64,000 bases of DNA from Squalus acanthias (GCA_030390025.1 CM059453.1:310001-374000), one strand, 5' to 3'; positions 1 to 13,246 are shown, counted from the stretch's first letter. Numbers and translations are program-made. The notes: generated by a model from the sequence alone, not told the origin.

Positions 1-205
1 TCTGATTTAAGAAATTCCTCGTCATCTCAGTCTTTAATGGCCGGCCCCGAACCCTGAGGCTATGCCTCCTAGTTCTATAATCTCCAACTAGGGGAGACAA
101 CCTCTTAGCATCAATCCCGTCAATACACTTCAGAATCTTATATATTTCAATGAGATCACCTGTCATCCTTCTAAACTCCCGAGAATGTAGGCCCAATCCA
201 CTCTA
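1..205 (-). mobile_element. CR1-type LINE 3' ORF2 fragment
   Basis: Reverse complement resembles the RT C-terminal segment (RRMRGDLIETYKI...GHSLRI) of the CR1 copies at 9874-10785 and 40667-41848. Confidence 0.75.
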
Positions 206-1962
206 CTTCCCCTCCCATCTATCCTTCCTCTTGCACTCTGCAGATATTTAAGCATTATTCTGTCCTAATCAAACTGCTTGCGTTGTCTGAGCTTCCTTCC
301 TACATTTCACTTCTTCACTGTTTACAAGCCACTAAGGACATGCTTGTTTTTCAAAAGTTCATTGCGTATTACCTTTACTTTCTCAATTTGTACCTAATCC
401 CTTCTTGTTCATTGTGCATATCTTTACAGTCTCCCTCTCGCTGTCTTCCTCTCCCATTCTCTCGGTGCCTTGTTCTACCTAGTTTCGTAAAGGTGACAGG
501 GATTTTCCGCTGGTGGCTTAATTGCAAACTGCACCCAGAATACGCTGGAAATCGCGCCACTTTTGACTAGCTGAAGTTAAGTCCCCAATGTAAACTCTCC
601 CATGAACCTGGGCAATTGAGCGGATTCGATGCGTGACTGGAACAGGGGGCATTTCTACAGCATCACAAAGCGGAGTGGGTTTCTTGAGAAATGAGACCTT
701 CTTGCACTTCTCTGATTGGCCGGTGAGGATGGCGTGTCACCAATCTAACAAGAATTAACGCAATTGCCCCATTTTTACGCTGAATCAAAAAGGTCCAAAT
801 TGTCATTAAATATAAGGAGAAACTTTGTGAAATTATAGCATTGTTGGCCGTATCGACAATGCTCTCTTGTCCCTCCGGTCTCCACCGCTCGCAGAAGGCC
901 TCAAACATACCGGGAATCACCGCATGCTTCCACTCCAGGGACACAGGAACGTGTTGGGAGACAGGCATCAGACCAAGTGGTCCCCTGGAACGGGTGCTGC
1001 CTGGACCTGTGAATTGTCACCTTGGCCAAGCCCAGGAGCTGACCCACGAGGAGGTTCGGCGATTCCCCTCCGCACCAGGTGACCAATGAGAATTACTGTG
1101 TCTCCCTATATTGAACACACTAATCTGTTTGGCCGAAACTATTGCTTCAATCAATTTTATCTGTGTCTGTTGCAGCAATATTTGTATTTACGACAGGAAT
1201 CTTAAGTCCATTTCACAAGTCACAGACCTCATAACTAAATTTTAATAAAGGCACTGCAACAAATAGGGTGAAATTTGTGTTTAGTTCTGCAAAATTACTG
1301 AGCTCGAGTGTGAATGTAAAGAGTTAAATCAATCAGAAAACAGTTTGTTTACCACAGCGTCAAACGGTTTACTGTCAAACAGCTCCGATCTGCGACGTCA
1401 CAGATGCATATTGGAGAGTTCCTTAACGAAGGTGACGAAACCGCACGTCTGCAGACTGCAGCAAGCAAACTAACTGTAGTGACACCTCGACAACATTCAG
1501 CTCGTATTAGCTGCCAGAAAGCGGAATATGTGTGAAATGTGAGTCATAGGCGTCTGCAAGCGTAAGCGGTGCCATTCTGACGCAGATGCCAATATATCAA
1601 TATCATAAGTAACAGTACATTTGGTGTTTGTGTGTGTTTGTTCGAGAAATAGAGAGATTTTGCTTCGGTATTGAGTATTCTTAAATAACAGTTAGAAATA
1701 CCATAAATCATATTCAGTAACAGTCGGTCACACGCAGCCCATGTAAATGATGTGCTCGCAGCCGACCTCACCAACGGAGCTGATTGAGTGAGCACTGTTC
1801 CTGCAGATCGGTATGACTCGAATCGGACTTCCCCGATAGTCTGAAGCTGATAATCAAATAAATCCAACATGTGACTGGAAAGAAGAATGCTGAAATCTGA
1901 ATGGTGTAAATTGTGGACTGGGTTCTTCATTTTGCGAGTGAAATCGGCAGCAGTTTCCAGCC

Positions 1963-2005
1963 ATGAGGAGTTCCGTGCTGCTGCCTCTCATAATGTTGAC
2001 AGGAG
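1963..2005 (+). CDS. Siglec-like receptor exon 1 (signal peptide MRSSVLLPLIMLTG)
   Basis: gccATG context, hydrophobic leader, phase-1 donor G|gtacat in frame with the V exon. Confidence 0.8.
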
Positions 2006-2641
2006 GTACATTTCTCATGCTTTTTTACAATTTATGAAAGTGATTTATATCTTGTGGGAAAGGAACAGAAAAATAACGAATATGAATGTTTTTTTTGTTA
2101 CTGATTTCAGAACTTTTGAAATAGGAATTTCATGAATGTTTAACACATGCGCTGTTGTTGTATTATAGCGTATACAGCCTTTTCAAATAATTTTTAAAGA
2201 CAGGCATTTTCAAATTATTTTTATTGTAAAGCACATTTAATAAAATTTACTTCATATTGATTGAGTGATTCAAAGGAGATTCAATAGATGTTTAATATTT
2301 ATTTTGATCAATATTTTAATATATATTTAATGAGCATGTTTATTGGGCGTTTGTTTATTTGTTTGTGGATATGTATACGGTTTTTAGATGAGTATTAAAT
2401 ATGTATATTAACGGTTCATAAATCTCCCATTAAATAGGTATTGCTATGGCGATTTCCATAGGTGTTGTGATTGGTAATTATTCAGTATTTTTTCTTGATT
2501 TTGAAAATACCTTCACTGATATTTGAATTGCTATTGTGATGGGCGATTATTTGTCAATTAACAAATACTTGACTGGATGATAAAGATGTAGAAATGCATG
2601 TTGAATGTCTAATTAAAGGGTGTCTAATTTATTTTTCTCAG

Positions 2642-3022
2642 TTGTTTTTAGTGCTGAATTCTCTGTGATGATAACAAAAGTTGTGTCGGCGGTGGGCGGT
2701 TCATGTGCAGAGATCCGGTGCACGTTTGATTACCCAGCTTATCGGAGAATCGCTAATGTGACGTGGTTAAAGAGGGAACATGCTCCTGGTATCCCAGGCT
2801 TCCCCATTATCTATGATGATAAAGATCCATACAGGCAGCATTATAACTATCGTGGAAGAGCTGAGTTGAAGGGTAGCATTGCAAAGAAACAATGTTCCCT
2901 CCTGCTAAAGGATATCAGGAAGAGTGATGAGGGTACATACCAACTCATCATCGAGTTGGCTTCGGCCAGCTATTTTCATGGACGTCGGACTCTGCGTACT
3001 GACGTATTTCTTTATGTATTAG
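2642..3022 (+). CDS. Siglec-like receptor exon 2, V-set Ig domain
   Basis: ttctcag acceptor, G|gtgagt donor; Siglec Cys pattern GSCAEIRCTFDYP...RGRAELKG...QCSLLLKDIRKSDEGTY (B-E strand disulfide plus interdomain Cys). Confidence 0.92.
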
Positions 3023-5214
3023 GTGAGTTTTACCTTTGTTCCATTTGTACATTTTCACTCCAGTGCTTCAGTATGAATCAACCTATGTGTTATGTGGGCA
3101 TATATTATAATGTCCCTGACCGATCTCAAACGGTAGTTGAAACTCAGTCTGCAGGGATACTAATAAGATTCGCAGATGTCTGATATCCGAAATACAGAAG
3201 TATATTGAAATTACAGCAGTAAAACAGGCCGTTCGGCCCAGCCAGTCAGTGTTGCTGTTTGTCCTTCACATGAGCAACACGCCGAATCGCATGTGCCTGC
3301 TCAGTTCCCATATCCCTTTATTGCAACTCCCTTCAAACACATGTCGAGCCTATTCTGAAAATGTCCACATGAAGACAGATTAGTACTTGTTGACTGAACC
3401 TAAAACTGACGTTGTAGGTCTTACTTACAATACATAAACCAGCAGCTCATTGTTTCCAATGAAATGAATGGTAATGAAACTAGGACGGTTGCAAGAATGT
3501 GTGACTTATCTGGAATGAGAGATTTGACCAGGGCGGCCATTTCAAATTCTACTTAAGTCTGCTTCTATCTCCTCTGTCCTGTTGCTTAATAAGTTTAAGC
3601 ACTTCTGTCAAATTATCCCAAAGTCTGTTTTAGCCTTATAAGATCTGCCCCAATTATTAAATACTTGCTTGGTAATTATACATCCTCATACCAGCCAGAA
3701 ACTACGCGAATCCGCCGTATATCCTTCCTATATTCTGGAGCCCAATATCTGCATTCTTACTCCAACTGTGAACTGACTACTGCTCTCGTTAGAATCTCCA
3801 CTATTGTCGAATTTATGTTATTGATCTCTTGCCATTAAACCCAGAGCTCCAGAAACATCTCCATACACTTTCCCACTGGAGGTGCTACTTTTGCTGTCTC
3901 ATGAACTTGACCCCAAATTCCCCTGCTCTTCCACATCTCCCAGCTTCCTACGGTTCAAATTAAAACTAGCACCTCATATTTTATGACCTTTAATTATATC
4001 TGCCTCTTACGTCCCCATTCTACTATATCTCCACTATCCGTTTGAAACTCGCTTTAGTTCTCTAGTCATCTCCTGGGAGTTGTACTTGCAAGGTTGGCAT
4101 GGGTGTCAATCTGGCGATATTGGATGCGCCTCTCATTGTACACCCCGCCCAATTTTCATTTTCATGTTATCCAATTAATTAATCCCGGGAAATGTTGACA
4201 TCATTCTCTTTATCCACCTTCTTCAAATTATTGATGCACACAGTGAGTAGAAGCAATCCCACAGGAAAGCTCTGTGGGACACCGTACTGGGATCCAACTA
4301 TTCTGAGCAACTGCGCTAAATGGCGACTCGCTGCATCGTCCCTTCCAAACAGTTTGTATTGCAATTTCTACCTTATCCTTAATTCTAAACATCTTCATAT
4401 CTTCTCCAATAATCTCCTGTGTTTCCCGTCGGTAATGGCTGCCTGATTACATTTCATGTTACTTTTTGGTGAAGCGACTTTTGACGTCGCGAGTACATAA
4501 AAAGCGTTGAATTAATGCAGGTTTTTTTCGTGCCTTTCCATATCCAGCGCTCATTAATCCCGCTTTTAATTACATCTTAATTAAAAAGTAGATATATCAG
4601 TAACGTGAAAATCAGGTCAAGTTATAATTTACTTATTCATTCAAATCCCACGGCTGCAAATACTATTGCTACTGAAGCCTTGTGCAGATTTACAACCGAG
4701 GAACCTGCGTTGCTTCTCCCACACAAGGCGGTGTTACCCGTCGTCTGTCTGGTCTGTCCTTGTCTTGAGCATTGTCGTTCCATATTGACGTTTTTTGACA
4801 ACAGAATCGAGATCTCTCTGGGTCTGCATTAATCACCATCACATAGGTCAGTGCTGGTGCAGAACGAAGCATAGGAGAGGATGAAATATTCGTGACATTT
4901 GAGGAGTTAACGTTGATTCTAAGTCCAGCCTGCGAAATTGGTTGACTGGTCTACAGCTAACATATCCATGATATCGATAATTTAGGAGAAAAAACGTCTA
5001 AAGTTTAACATATGTTACCCGACGAGGCGCAAAACTACATTACAACTGCGAGGAGTAATTCAGAATGTTGAACACACTTGCAACACGTAGCAGCGAAAAA
5101 GGAAATAAATGTAATTTTCATTTCACCTCCTTCTCACATTTAGCTGGAAGCCAACACTTGTCCGTTGTAACGCTGAAATGTACCTAACACGCAGTTTTTT
5201 TCCCGTTTTAATAG

Positions 5215-5526
5215 AAACGCCACGTATTTCAAGCTATGGCGAACTGATCGCTGGAAAAACTGCACGATTCACCTGTTCCATCCCACACAACTGCCCGAAT
5301 GGCAACCTGCAACTGAGGTGGATTAATTACAATGTGTCCCTTCCTCTTCCGTGGGATACACAAGAAGGAGCAGGAATGATCAAAGAACATTCAGATTCTC
5401 GGACAGTTTCATCCGTGCTGACCTTCACTCCTTCATCTGCTCATGACGGGAACATTCTGGGATGCACAATTCTAATTGATGGAATTCCTTCTCCTTCAGC
5501 ACAAAATCTTATTTTGGAGATTAAAT
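5215..5526 (+). CDS. Siglec-like receptor exon 3, C2-set domain 2
   Basis: aatag acceptor, T|gtaagt donor; ETPRI..GELIAGKTARFTCSIPHNCP...SSVLTFTPSSAHDGNILGC, typical Siglec D2 with the extra Cys. Confidence 0.92.
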
Positions 5527-6111
5527 GTAAGTGTCCGGTCTAAAGTAAACAGACTTATCCTGTCGGTCAACCGGCTCAAAATTTGCACTTTAACCACAGG
5601 TAATTTAGTCGGGGTTAGAACTGCATCAAAGAATGCATCATGACAATCTCAGCCTCTGTACCAGGAGAGCTCACTTCGAAAATCAATGGTTCAGAATGGC
5701 TCTCTTCTAATGCTCATCAGTCATATTACATTAGAAACATTCATATCCATGTATCAATGATGGTGCCTCCAACAGATTTTTTAACGTGATTCTTAATCTT
5801 TATTCTAAGAACTTAAGTCAGGTTCTGAGTTTAGTCAGTCATAAATGGAAGCAACAAAGGCCATGCCGAGTTAGGATCTGAAGCTATGGCAGCAGATCTC
5901 AGCTCTGGTTGGGCTTAATAAGAATTTATGAATTAGGAACAGGAGTAGGCCATACGGCCCTTCCAGCCTCCTCCGCCACTCCGGCAATCATGGCTGACCA
6001 TCGAACTCAACTTCAATTTCCCGCCCGATCCCCATACCAAATATAATGAATTAATTTGGAGCTCAATTGTGCTTATTCGACAATCACGTTTTGCATTAAT
6101 GCCTGTTTCAC

Positions 6112-6369
6112 ATGGACTGGAAATCCCAACGGTCAACTCCTCTATAGTAGCTGTGGAAGGAAGTGCATTATTATTATACTGCACAGCCTGGGGGAAACCC
6201 CATGTCAGTTTAAGATGGGTGAAAAATGGTGATGAGATGAGCAGATCTTCCACTGGTGAACTAAAACAGATATTCCCCAACATTCGTTCTGAGGACGACG
6301 GTGAATATTGGTGCATAGCTGAAAATGCCGTGGGCACCACAAACCGCTCCACACAGATTTCTGTACAAC
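6112..6369 (+). CDS. Siglec-like receptor exon 4, C2/I-set domain 3 (expected acceptor reads AC)
   Basis: AVEGSALLLYCTAWGKP..W..EDDGEYWCIAENAVG; donor C|gtaagt; 5' boundary inferred from phase and the YG junction; in-phase AGs also at 6146-6150. Confidence 0.8.
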
Positions 6370-7298
6370 GTAAGTATGTATTAATTTATCAATTAGATAG
6401 TAGCCTTTCATTTCAAAAACACTAGATTAAATTCTAATTTTCTCTTGCCTGCTTGCTGGAAGGCGCCCATGTGCATGAGTTGGGGATAGTGTCACCCCTT
6501 CCCGCGGAAATAGCGGCAAACTACCTCGATGGCTCCAATAATGGAAAGTAACCTGGCATCTCGCTCAGTATGACAGGAGTGGAATATGGGACAATGTGGC
6601 ATAAATGCAGTAGGTCTTACGGTTATATGTTTGCAATACAAGCACATTTACTGGGACCTTCACTCTACAACTAATTGTTCATAAATTATACTCGTCGTCT
6701 GAAATAAACAACTTTCCTATTATTAGAACTGACATGCAGCAATTTGATGAGTAGAAATTCTTTCTAAAAAATGTGAGATAAAATGGTGTTAAGACAACTC
6801 CTGTTACTTGTATTAATGTTGAGTTAATTGTGTAATATTCTCGAAACTTGGTTATTTGAAATGTCGCCTTGTATACCGGACGTTTATTGAAGAATCACCT
6901 CAGTCCACCACAAATGCAGATGTTTAATACATTACACAAATTGAAGACATTGACATGAATTGGCCTTTTAAAACAGTGACGGGTGAGACACGTTTGTGGG
7001 TATATTATGCATTATCAAATCTCTGAGCTAGCTCCGTCTGAGGGTCCCTCACAACATCTGTCAGGAGATGTATTGATGGACTGAACACTCATTGGATTTA
7101 ATATGCAATTGTTCCTAACGAGCTCACCTGTTATAAGTGAAAATATAATAAGCCATGAACTGGTGCAACATCGGCTGATACATCTTAAAATATAACAACC
7201 AGAACTATTATTGTTCGTTCAACTCATTACTTAATTGTGTGTCGACACTACAACTGGTTACATGATCATTTCCTGTTGAAGTTTCCATTTTTTTTTAG

Positions 7299-7586
7299 AT
7301 AAACCCACAATTTTAGCAGGCCCGACATGCACCAGCTCTGAGAATTGGACGAATTGTAGCTGCCGGATCAGAGCCAATCCCCCGGTAAACATCACTTGGG
7401 GCCTTAATGGGATAATCCTCACTGGGGACAGGTCAGATGTGGAAATCATCTCCTGGGCGGCGAATAGTCACCTCATGGAGAGCTCCCTGAGATTGACTCA
7501 CCCAACCGGAATCGGAAACCTGATCACATGTGTTGCAGCAAACGAGCACGGTGTTTCTGTCAGTAAATACCAGCTCCACTCTAAGG
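7299..7586 (+). CDS. Siglec-like receptor exon 5, membrane-proximal C2 domain (missed by the ORF track)
   Basis: ttttttag acceptor, G|gtacgt donor; open frame HKPTILAGPTCTSSENWTNCSCRIRANPPVNITW...ITCVAANEHG with the C-x8-CxC pattern of MAG D5 and the last domain of Siglec-5/10. Confidence 0.9.
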
Positions 7587-8405
7587 GTACGTGTTTAATT
7601 TATCTGTAATTTAATACTATAAGGGAGTTGGTGCATCACTGGTCAGTCACTAACTGAACGGTGTTAGTGTCAGCAAATACCAGCTCCACTCTGCAGGTCC
7701 ATACTGGATCTCTCTCGAATTAGTTTAAGGACCTACTTTCAACAGTGGTCAATCACCAACTGAAAGGTGCGGTCGGCATTATTCATTTTAACTTTCATTC
7801 TTCTGCAACTTGTTCGGTTTATATTTTCAAGATAAGTTGAAATTATCTGAGCACCACGAATAGCCAGTGATCTTGGAAAACAAATTCTTCTGAATTAAGA
7901 TATACCCTTTAGAAAATCCGAAATTATCACAATACATGAGAGCAAACTTCAATCTACCCTTTAGTAGCTACATTCTCATTTCTAACTTGTTCAGACTAAT
8001 TTGTGTATGTAGAGACGATATTTAATAACCGAAGCAAAATTAAATTATCGCTATAGATTATAAATCTTACCGCTGTAACTGGTGACCTTCGCGGGCCTGT
8101 ATGACGATCAGATTAACCCCATTGTTTTTCTTAGGGTGGGAGTGGAGTGAACTTAATTTGTTAATTGAGATTTTTACATCAGTGAATCTTAATGTATTAA
8201 TTCAAATTTAAGCCAGTCCGCAACACTGGAACAAAAGGCTTTACAAAAGGATCAACAGGTTGAGTCAAGTGGAGTACATCATTTACCATTAGCTTTGTGA
8301 TCCGAACATAAAGGAAACTTGCTTCCTCACACTCATAAATGTGCTTCCAAGATTTTTGTTTTGAACCAAATTCCTAATATATAGCAATGTTATCCAACAT
8401 TTTAG

Positions 8406-8499
8406 GAATATTCTCCAGGACAATCGTCCTCATAATAGGAGGAGGAACCATTGGGCTTGTTATTCTAATTGCAGCCGTACTCACGCTGAAGATAAAAAG
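8406..8499 (+). CDS. Siglec-like receptor exon 6, transmembrane
   Basis: tttag acceptor, AG|gtaggt donor; GIFSRTIVLIIGGGTIGLVILIAAVLTLKIK with an uncharged TM. Confidence 0.88.
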
Positions 8500-9406
8500 G
8501 TAGGTGTGATTCTTAATTATACAGAATTAAGTTTCAAAGGAAACCTTCATCAGAACGTCCGTGTATCAAAATCTACTTTAAATTAAACTCCCGCGAGTAC
8601 GGTGGGCATCAGCCTAAACTGGTGCGTAAAGTAGGAAGGTCAATCATCCCTGACCAGTAGTTCGCAACTCCAAGCATCAAATACAGCGTAATATTAGTGG
8701 CTGCTTGAATCAGGCTGTCTGTACATTCTTCCTGTTACGTTATTGGGGTCTGTTTCCTTCTGTTTAAAGTGGACATTTTTGGAATTCTGATCGCTGGCGC
8801 TTTTTTTGCCAGGGAATGTTTACACTTCCCGTGCAATCAGAATAAAGTTTTCAGTATGCTCAAAGAATGGGCTTACAATCCCTTTCAGTTTGTTTCTGCT
8901 TCTGGTTTTATGGTGCACCCTCACACGAGCCTTCTTATCCTGACTGACTCTCAGCATAACACTGCACCAGATTGACAGTGAAGTTCTATCAATCAAGCTA
9001 GTCCTGCAAACAGCAAAACAACAAGCAAATAGTAAAATTAACGTGACACATACGTTTACAGTAGTCGTTAAGTTTGCTTGGCTCAAGGAAAATAACATTA
9101 TATTTCAAAATTGGGCGTGACTGATGTGCTGAAATATGATATTAGCAGTTTTTTATGTTGCACTTGTTATCTTATTCTTACCAGTGACTTAAGCTATTTG
9201 GACTGACTAGCTCTCTTTGAAAGCTCTAGGACAGACTCGCTGCTTTTAATAGACAGGCTGATAATTACCTTCAAAATTGTGACCGGCTCCAAATGAATTC
9301 AAATAATACCCAGTTCGGTTTACAATCTGTTGCCAATCAAATTTATCCTTCAACCAATTGGACAGGATGTTTACAATTGAAATCTATGACTTTGCTTCTC
9401 GGATAG

Positions 9407-9469
9407 GCGCCGCCCCTCAACAGTCAATGTTTCGCCAACAACAGCAACAACATGAGCCAGAACACTCTT
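9407..9469 (+). CDS. Possible alternative cassette exon with in-frame stop (RRRPSTVNVSPTTATT*)
   Basis: tttgcttctcggatag acceptor and CTT|gtgagt donor; phase-2 entry gives a basic juxtamembrane run, then TGA at 9453-9455. Confidence 0.35.
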
Positions 9470-9789
9470 GTGAGTGGTGCTAGCTTTTACCCCTTCATGT
9501 ACCATGATATATTTATAGAAGGCAATTCCATGCTTAATAATATCAACTAATCAATGATCGGAAAAAGATTGATGAGGAATATTGATGTATTCCTAATTTC
9601 TAACTCCAATGTGTTGAAGGGGTGTACCTAATAATAGACAGGACTGCGTTGACTAATTGAAACACTTGCATCTGATATTTACCCATGTTGAAATCATTAA
9701 TAAACCTCCCACTGACAGTTATTTATCACAATCAACTTTCACCTGGAGCAATCAGCACCGTATCATTAACGTACACTAATGCCCATCAT

Positions 9790-11025
9790 AGATAAATTAA
9801 AAAGCAAAGAGTTGGGATAAATGGTTCATTCTCAGACTGGCAATCAGTAACTAGTGGTGTTCCACAGGGGTCAGTGCTGGGTCCCCAACTCTTCACAATC
9901 TATATTAACGATTTGGAGGAAGGGACCAAGTGTAACATATCAAAATTTGCAGATGATACAAAGATGGGAGGGAAAGTAGTGAGTGAGGAGGACATAAAAA
10001 ACCTGCAAGGGGACATAGACAGGCTAAGTAAGTGGGCAGAGATTTGGCAGATGGAATACAACACTGGAAAGTGTGAGGTGATGCACTTTGGCAGGAAAAA
10101 TCCTAGAGCAATTTATTATCTTAATGGCAAGAAACTGGAGAGTACTGAAGTGCAAAGGGATCTGGGGGTCCTGGTGCACGAAACTCAAAAGGTTAGTATG
10201 CAGGTGCAGCAAGTGATTAAGAAGGCAAATGGAATGTTGGCTTTCATTGCTAGGGGGATAGAATATAAAAATAGGGAGGTACTGCTTCAGTTGTACAAGG
10301 TATTGGTGAGACCGCACCTGGAATACTGCATACAGTTTTGGTGTCCTTACTTAAGGAAAGACATCCTTGCTCTCGAGGCAGTGCAAAAAAGGTTCACTCG
10401 GTTAATCCCGGGGATGAGGGGGTGGTCATATGAGGAGAGGTTGGGTAGATTGGGACTCTACTCATTGGAGTTCAGAAGAATGAGAGGCGATCTTATTGAA
10501 ACATATAAGATTGTGAAGGGGTTGGATCGGGTGGATGCGGGGAGGATGTTCCCGATGACGGGTGAGACGAGAACTAGGGGACATAGTCTTAGAATAAGAG
10601 GCTGCTCTTTCAAAACTGAGATGAGGAGGAACTACTTCACTCAGAGGGTGGTAGGTCCATGGAATATGCTGCCACAAAAAGCTGTAGAAGCTACAACATT
10701 AATTAAATTTAAAACAGAAATAGACAGTTTCCTAGAAGTAAAGGGCATTAAGGGTTACGGGGAGCGGGCAGGAATTTGGACATGAGTCTAGGTTCGGATC
10801 GGTCATGGCCCTGTGGGTAGTGGAGCGGGCCCAGGGACTGTGTAGCCTGATTCTGCTCCTATTTCGTGTGTGCAATTCTGTTAGATGCAGGAGATGGTTC
10901 TGTGATAGATAGTAGATTGGCGGTTAGGATCAGATCAGCCATGATCTTATTGAATGGCGGAGCAGGCTCGAGGGGCCGATTGGCCTACTCCTGCTCCTAT
11001 TTCTTATGTTCTTATGTTCTTATGT
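9790..11025 (+). mobile_element. 5'-truncated CR1 LINE, uninterrupted RT C-terminal ORF (9874-10785) and 3' UTR
   Basis: PQGSVLGP, FADD and RPHLEYC motifs; (CTTATGTT)n tail. Confidence 0.95.
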
Positions 11026-11119
11026 AAAATGTTCCCTTTTGAAATGTTGGCTGGTGGAAATTGAAAATAATTGGGTTGCGGATCTGGTCTGTACTAATCG
11101 GGAGAAGTAAAAGACAAAA

Positions 11120-13050
11120 GGTGGCACATAAAAGGGTATTACATAAGTTTAGGGCTCATGGGGTTGGGGGGTAATATACTTGCATGGATAGAGGATTGGT
11201 TAAAAGACTGAAAACAGAGAGTAGGTATAAACGGATCTTTTTCAGGTTGGCAGGCTGCAACTAGTGGGGCGCCGCAATGATCAGTGTTGGGTCCTAAGCT
11301 ATTTACAATCTATATTAATGATCTAGATGAAGGAACCGAGTGTAATGTATCCAAGTTTGTTGATGATACAAAGCTAGATGGGACAGTAAGCTGTGAGGAG
11401 AGCACAAAGAGTCTGCTAAGGGATATAGATAGACTAAATGGGCCAGAAATTCGGGTCGGAGGCTTCTCGCGGGTGCAAGCCCCCGACATTCACTTACCCA
11501 GCGCGCCTGCCGTTGTGCTGTGGGCCCGCGTGGAATTCCGAACCTGTGCCTCCTGCAGGTGGCGGTGTGCAGTGCTTGCGTATCCCAGGGGCACAGCAAG
11601 TTCGAAGCATCCCCTGGGTTCACGTGGGCCATGGGAGCCAATCGAAGCAGTGAATCTGCATTCATAGATTTGACAGGAAGACCTGTCAAATCTATGAATA
11701 GAGAACAACACCCAAAACCTAAAAGAAACTTCAGATACATTTTTTTAATCACATTTTTAAAATAACTAAAAATTACATAAATTAACTATTTTAATCAAAA
11801 ATTTAAATTTTTGTAAAAGTTAATTGCAGCTTTTAACGGGTCTAAAAATAAACTTACCTTTCTTTAAAGTATTTATAAAAGATAAACCTGTGGAAAAAAT
11901 TTTAAATTTCACTTAATTCACCACTTACCTTGTTAAAAGCAGGCCTTGCGCCTTATTTTCCCGCGCAGCAGCCAGGGACTTAGCCACACTTCAAAACCTG
12001 TAAAAAAAAATGGAAGTTCGCTGCTGCGCGCTGCCTCTCCGGCACACGCATTTGACCTCTGAACCCCTTCCTTCAAGGGAACGGAAGTTCCGGTTTACAG
12101 CGCATGCGCAGTGCATGCGCAAAACCGGCACTTTCTTTGGGTCAACCGGTCAGTACACCGCGCGTACTCACCCGTGGAGACCCGAATTTCTGGCCCATTG
12201 ACTGGGCTGTAAGGTGGCAGATGGAGAATAATGTAGGGAAATGTGAGGTTATTCACTTTGGTCGGATGAATAGCAAAATAGAATATTTTTTGAAGGGTAA
12301 GAAACTTTCAAATGTTGGTATTCAGAGAGATTTGGCTGTCCTCGTCCAAGAAACACAGAAAGCTAGCATACAGATACAGCAAGCAATAAGGAAGGCAATG
12401 GTATATTGGCCTTTATTGCAAGGGTGTTGGAGTATAAGAGTAAGGAAGTCTTGCTACAATTGTACAGGGCCTTGGTGAGACCACACCTGGAGTACTGTGC
12501 ACAGTGTTGTTCTCCTTCTCTAAGGAAGAATATACTTGACATGGAGGCGGTGCAACGGAGGTTCACTAGATTGATTCCTGGGATGAGAGTGCTGTCCTAT
12601 GATGAGAGATTGTGAAGAATGGGACGAGATTATCTGGAGTTTAGAAGAATGAGAGGTGATCTCTTTGAAGCATTCAAGATTCTGAAGGGGATTGACAGGC
12701 TAGACGCTGACAGGTTGTTTAACCTGTCTGGAGTATCTAGAAATAGGGGGCATAGTCCCAGGATAAGGGGTAGGCCATTTAAGACATAGCTGAGTAGGAA
12801 ATTCTTCAGTCACAGGGTTGTGAATCTTTGGAATTCTCTGCCCCAGAGGGCTGTGGATCCTCAGTCTTTGAGTATGTTCATGGCTGAGATAGATAGAATT
12901 TTGGACTCAAGGGGAATCAAGGGATATGCAGATCCGACGGGAAAGTGAAGTTGAGGTCGAAGTTCAGCCATGACCTTATTGAATGGCGGAAAAGTTTCGA
13001 GGGGCCGTATGGCCGACTCCAGCTCCTAATTCTGATTTCTTATGTTCTTA
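11120..13050 (+). mobile_element. Degenerate CR1 LINE interrupted by a MITE
   Basis: RT motifs with stops and frameshifts on both sides of 11440-12196; CR1 3' tail. Confidence 0.9.
11440..12196. mobile_element. Non-autonomous TIR element (PIF/Harbinger-type MITE)
   Basis: Perfect TIR GGGCCAGAAATTCGGGTC/GACCCGAATTTCTGGCCC, 3-bp flanks aat/att, splits a CR1 reading frame. Confidence 0.85.
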
Positions 13051-13158
13051 AGTCTTTCCTGCCCCACTGACGTCCTTCATCGCGCAGGCGCAGTTTGTTT
13101 TCACTAAAAATACCAGTTAATTAAGGGAAGTGCCTCGTTTGCATTTGTTATTATTCAG

Positions 13159-13246
13159 GAAGAAACACGGAGAAGCTGCACGTGTCTCCGAAGCACACGA
13201 TGATTTGGTGATTTACAGTCGGGTGCAGTACGCACTGAAGGCTGAC
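13159..13246 (+). CDS. Siglec-like receptor exon 7, cytoplasmic, ITIM VIYSRV
   Basis: ttattcag acceptor, GAC|gtaagt donor, phase 2 to 0; RKKHGEAARVSEAHDDLVIYSRVQYALKAD. Confidence 0.85.

Noticed and set aside
9874-10785. Domesticated or active reverse transcriptase gene (also 40667-41848)
   Set aside because: Ordinary 5'-truncated young CR1 copies lacking the N-terminal RT and endonuclease
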